From a virus, in IMG/VR virus record IMGVR_UViG_3300045988_101799: DNA of 64,000 bases, one strand, 5' to 3'. Below are positions 60,326-64,000 of the stretch, piece by piece. Position 1 is the stretch's first letter. Every line of letters starts with the position of its first letter. The notes beneath the pieces were generated by a model that was given only the letters and a program-made list of their open reading frames with translations, searched no databases and was not told the DNA's origin. Both the position numbers and the translations under genes were made by a program.

Positions 60326-60396
60326 CCCCTGAATTTAATCGAGGGTCCTACCCTAGAACGCGCCGCACGGGGCGGTCCGCTACAACTGTCCACCCG
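60326..60396. repeat. about 60-70 bp direct repeat, copy 1
   Basis: GAATTTAATCGAGGGTCCTACCCTAGAACGCGCC...GGTCCGCTACAACT; second copy at 60804..60874. Confidence 0.8.
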
Positions 60397-60803
60397 GACC
60401 CCATCCCCTCCTTCTACCCCGCCACACTGGATTAAATTCGTAAACGCGCCATCACACCAATTTCCTCTTGACTTTCTCCCCTGATGTGATATGTTGCACC
60501 TGTTCGCTCCGAACGGCAACCGAACCAGCTAAGCTCAATGCTTCTGGCTATCCCAAGCAAGGAACTTGCTCGCCACAGGAGCGGACCAAACACTCTCCTT
60601 TCTACAGGCATTTTCCATAGTTACGCCCGTGGGTAGTCTCGTCAAGCTACCTGCGGGCTTTTTCTTTACCGCCAAATCCGCGAGAGCCGCTCCGACGCAT
60701 CATGCCCGCCGTGCGCAAATTTGGTCGATGGTAGTGCCCTATCTCCTGTTTCATGACTAATGTACCCTCTCGCTACCTATACCCCGTCACACTCTTGTAA
60801 ATT

Positions 60804-60874
60804 TGCCCGAATTTAATCGAGGGTCCTACCCTAGAACGCGCCACAACCGCTGGTCCGCTATAACTACCCGCCCG
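60804..60874. repeat. about 60-70 bp direct repeat, copy 2
   Basis: 34 bp identical to copy 1, followed by a similar tail. Confidence 0.8.
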
Positions 60875-60904
60875 AAGAGTATACCCGCCTTCTAGGTCGA
60901 TACG

Positions 60905-61038
60905 TCCCCGTGGAATGGCCGCATGTCGATTTTGCTTGACGTGGCAGGAATGGGGTGCAGACCAGATGAGGCTGAAACAGACCAGAAGTATATTCCACCC
61001 GTGGAACGGCCGCGTGTCGATTTTGCTTGACATGCCCA
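60905..61038. repeat. two roughly 40-bp direct repeats containing TTGAC
   Basis: CCGTGGAA(T/C)GGCCGC(A/G)TGTCGATTTTGCTTGAC occurs twice, about 90 bp apart. Confidence 0.75.
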
Positions 61039-61715
61039 GAAGGGTACCCCCTCCCCCGTACCCCACGGAAAAAATTTGACCCAACTATTTACTATGGGCC
61101 GCGTGCAACCCCGGAGCCTGGGAAACCGTGGTGGTGTTTGGATTTCCTTGGCATCCAATTTCCCCCCTATACCCACGGAATCGGTGCATCACGGAACCTT
61201 TTTGCCCCTGATTGCACCGGGAACGGTATGTTTCAGGGGCCTGCCTATCCCCCACATGTAGCGGAATCGGTATGATAGGCCACCGTATTGCAACGGGAAC
61301 GGTGCATTGCTTGCCCTGAACTGCCCTCGCCCCTGTCACGGGAACGGTACGCCATGCAACCCATTGAATCCCCTGAATCTGTTGCAACCGTTTGATGATA
61401 AGGAACTTATGGTATGAAGTGGTCTGTAGGTCTACATGGGAACCGAGGGTGCAAAGTCTGTTTCCCATTGGCACCCTGTTTTGCGTAACTCGTTGATACT
61501 CTAAGCAATCCGCTTCCATACTTCGCATAATACATATAATGCAAAATCGCGTTCCGGTTTTCCTACTAATCCGATAGGAATTGAAATTGAAGGTGCTGGA
61601 GAAGGCAGAAAAGGGGCAGGGTCTTGCCCTCAAATTGTTAAGGATACTTAATAGTTTCGATTCTTTAACTATTTTGGATACCCATGAGGGTATAGGTATC
61701 TAAACTCCCTTAAAA

Positions 61716-61950
61716 CTTACAAAGTTAGTCCAGACTTACAATGTTAGCCCAGACTTACAAAGTTAGTCCAGACTTACAAAGTTAGACGGCACTTACAATG
61801 TTAGCCCAGACTTACAAAGTTAGTCCAGACTTACAAAGTTAGGCAGGACTTACAAAGTTAGTCCAGACTTACAAAGTTAGACGGCACTTACAATGTTAGC
61901 CCAGACTTACAAAGTTAGTCCAGACTTACAAAGTTAGGCAGGACTTACAC
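61716..61950. repeat. 17-bp tandem repeat, about 14 copies, with roughly 85-bp higher-order periodicity
   Basis: CAGACTTACAAAGTTAG(T/A/G)C units with variants TTAGCC/TTAGAC/TTAGGC. Confidence 0.9.
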
Positions 61951-62025
61951 GAGGAATGTTTAAGAATCCTTAATAGTCAAATATTGGACTAATGGTTTTA
62001 CAATTTTGTAAAGCCCCTATATCTT

Positions 62026-62087
62026 GAACCCGTTGAACCCGTTGAAGCCGTTGAACCCGTTGAAGCCGTTGAACCCGTTGAAGCCGC
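62026..62087. repeat. 9-bp tandem repeat, about 7 copies
   Basis: GAACCCGTT/GAAGCCGTT alternating. Confidence 0.9.
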
Positions 62088-62200
62088 TATCCCACCACAA
62101 CTACCGGATTGCCCGATTGCCCGATTGTTCCACATGGAACAATCTATGCAATTCAAAAAGATACCAAAAGAAGCCAAAAGAATACCCTACACTATATAAA

Positions 62201-62295
62201 AGGGGGACCGGGAATCCGGGGGAACCGGGTGTGCCGTCTCTCTCTCTCTATATATATATAGGGGGAACCGGGGGAACCGGGGGAACCGAAGGGTT
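62201..62295. repeat. GGGAACCG repeats flanking a (CT)6(TA)6 alternating tract
   Basis: gggggaccgggaatccgggggaaccggg...ctctctctctctatatatatata...gggggaaccgggggaaccgggggaaccg. Confidence 0.85.
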
Positions 62296-62451
62296 GTATG
62301 ACACAATTATAACACGCAGATAATGAGCGAGTTACAACGCGCCGGAAAGAAAACCACTTGACGCCCCTCACAATCATGTTAAATTGCAATCATCCACCGG
62401 GGGAACAACCCGGAACAATGAGAACACTAACTAAAAGAAAGGATTAAAATC

Positions 62452-62814
62452 ATGATTATTGAATTGCCCGCCGCCACGGCCGAAAAGCTCGCACTAGTCC
62501 GCAAGGTTGCCGCCCGTCTCCGCCGCAAGATTAAGCGCGAACGCCTCGCGATTGTGCATGACAGACGCTTAGGGGACGTTGACTATCTGGAAACGGTGGA
62601 AGCTCTCACTTGCGGCGAGCTTGGTACAGAAGACCCTAACCCTACGGAGATTTTAATCTCTGTCACATATGGCGCAGGGCTGCCCGCCGCACAAGCGGAA
62701 GCGATTGAAGACGCCCTTCTTTCTTCTGTTAAGGCCCTGCCATTTCCCGCTGATGACATTTTCCGGGGTTCAGGGGACGGTACAAAAGAGTACACGGCTC
62801 TCTTCACCCTTTAA
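62452..62814 (+). CDS. hypothetical protein
   Basis: 120-aa ORF, first plus-strand gene after the control region. Confidence 0.45.
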   Translation: MIIELPAATAEKLALVRKVAARLRRKIKRERLAIVHDRRLGDVDYLETVEALTCGELGTEDPNPTEILISVTYGAGLPAAQAEAIEDALLSSVKALPFPADDIFRGSGDGTKEYTALFTL

Positions 62815-62936
62815 GCATCAGGAACTTACGATTTTTGTCATACAAAACAAAAAACTAGTTGACAAGGTAAGAAAATCTGCTAAAGTGGAATCATCAACGG
62901 GGGACAACCCTTAGAAACAATAGAAAGAATAATACT

Positions 62937-63326
62937 ATGAAAGACATATCAGAATTACATATCAGAAAGGAAATCAAAGTAGAAGGCAACGGAAAAGTTC
63001 ACCTCGCCATTGAAAGCTTTAATTCCTTGCACCGAAAAGAGTATACCCTTTCCCCCGCCATGTGGGCGGCTTCGGAAGTACTACAGGACAAGGTTTCCCG
63101 GCCGGGAAGTATGTACCTGAAAGATACGTTTTCTATATATCGCGTAGGTGCTTATGACGTTATGATAATTTCATCCGTGAATGAATCTCCGTATTTAACC
63201 CTTGAAAGATTGTCGCTAGCGGAAAAGATAGCATGGTTCCCTTTCGGCATTGAAAACGTCCAACAGGTAGAAGATACCCGGCATTCTGATTCTCAACATG
63301 TATCTTATCTGCGTATCATTCAATGA
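62937..63326 (+). CDS. hypothetical protein
   Basis: 129-aa ORF preceded by AACAATAGAAAGAA. Confidence 0.45.
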   Translation: MKDISELHIRKEIKVEGNGKVHLAIESFNSLHRKEYTLSPAMWAASEVLQDKVSRPGSMYLKDTFSIYRVGAYDVMIISSVNESPYLTLERLSLAEKIAWFPFGIENVQQVEDTRHSDSQHVSYLRIIQ

Positions 63327-63405
63327 ATATGGGACCCGTTAAAGCTGAATAACTACGCCGCCCTACAATATCCAACCAACAAAACAATAGAAAGAAAACT
63401 AAACC

Positions 63406-63933
63406 ATGAATTCATTTCCTAAAATGCTCAATGTATCAGACTACGCCCTTATTCACGACATTCCAGAATGGGCAATCTATTTCCTTGAATATGGAGAAGG
63501 CGAAGAAGATATGGCAGATGAAGACCTTAAAATCCTTGAAGAGTGGGAAAAAGACTACTACCCTGTTTCCTCGGTAGACGACCAGCCGGAAGCACATTTC
63601 ACCAGCACGCCCGCCTTTGGTTTGCCCTGTGACTGTGTAAAATATTATGTTCTTCCTTGCTATGTAAATGCCGTCTATATGTGGGTAAATCCCAGATGCC
63701 GCATGACAAATTGTTACCTTAAGTTCACGCTAGTCACAGGCTCGCAGGTAAAGGTGTATCTGAACGGGCATCAAACCCTACGCAGTGCTATCCGCAATCT
63801 GATAAGGCAGGTAGAAATGGGGCATACTTTCACAGACGTGAACGGGCATGAAGTTACTCCAAAAGCCCGCGATATCATTAACTTCTGGATTTGTACAATG
63901 CAAGGGCAAACCCTAGCTACAGGACGCATTTAA
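63406..63933 (+). CDS. hypothetical protein
   Basis: 175-aa ORF preceded by AACAATAGAAAGAA. Confidence 0.45.
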   Translation: MNSFPKMLNVSDYALIHDIPEWAIYFLEYGEGEEDMADEDLKILEEWEKDYYPVSSVDDQPEAHFTSTPAFGLPCDCVKYYVLPCYVNAVYMWVNPRCRMTNCYLKFTLVTGSQVKVYLNGHQTLRSAIRNLIRQVEMGHTFTDVNGHEVTPKARDIINFWICTMQGQTLATGRI

Positions 63934-63970
63934 CATATTAACAATAAAACAATAGAAAGAAATAAAACCA

Positions 63971-64000
63971 TGAATGAAGACGAAAAGAAAACGGCAATCA
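63971..64000 (+). CDS. hypothetical protein, 3'-truncated at window edge
   Basis: ATG at 63971 (MNEDEKKTAI) preceded by the same AACAATAGAAAGAA motif. Confidence 0.3.

Noticed and set aside
60566-60760. Small ORFs (60-113 aa) inside the non-coding region
   Set aside because: They have unconserved, low-complexity translations, overlap repeat units and lack upstream signals, so they are likely spurious
61716-61950. Possible CRISPR array (regular 17-bp repeats)
   Set aside because: The units are contiguous with no unique spacers and are only 17 bp; this is a plain tandem repeat, not repeat-spacer architecture
59400-62450. tRNA or other canonical RNA genes in the long non-coding region
   Set aside because: No T-loop (GTTCRANYC) or cloverleaf-compatible segments were found by eye; structured ncRNAs remain possible but cannot be supported
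1-64000. Integrase, DGR reverse transcriptase, or toxin-antitoxin modules
   Set aside because: No tyrosine/serine recombinase motifs and no YxDD RT motif were seen in any ORF; the small-gene arrays do not match TA pairs

Overview
This window appears to be most of a tailed dsDNA phage genome (Caudoviricetes), roughly 50% GC. A minus-strand replication/recombination operon runs from 59367 down to 49318. It leads directly into a roughly 41 kb minus-strand packaging, morphogenesis and accessory operon (49316 down to 7929), which meets the plus-strand block at a terminator hairpin at about 7812-7847. Plus-strand genes occupy 1-7805 and 62452-64000. Between the two arms, 59368-62451 is about 3.1 kb of non-coding DNA packed with at least seven unrelated tandem or direct repeat families. 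Genes I could recognise from the translations are listed below.
- Replication and recombination: DNA polymerase I (family A), a D5-like primase/helicase, an SNF2-like helicase, a Cas4-like PD-(D/E)XK nuclease and a RuvC resolvase.
- Nucleotide metabolism: NAD-dependent DNA ligase, ThyX, and two MazG-like/DUF3310 pyrophosphohydrolase genes.
- Packaging and virion: TerL, portal, scaffold, major capsid, tail fibre, a GH108 endolysin and a 3231-aa virion protein.
Start codons are not preceded by Shine-Dalgarno sequences, which together with the gene content points to a Bacteroidota host and possibly a crAss-like (Crassvirales) lineage. That is inference only. I found no integrase, tRNA, CRISPR array or DGR.
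The most unusual features are:
- a tandem array of seven diverged roughly 78-aa paralogous genes (26084-27732) inside an accessory island that also carries a sugar-modification gene pair;
- the repeat-dense control/origin region;
- a 30-nt in-frame tandem duplication placing a single TAG between two same-frame structural ORFs (38351-38410);
- a 3231-aa protein with a HExxH motif;
- a protein built from five zinc-ribbon modules.
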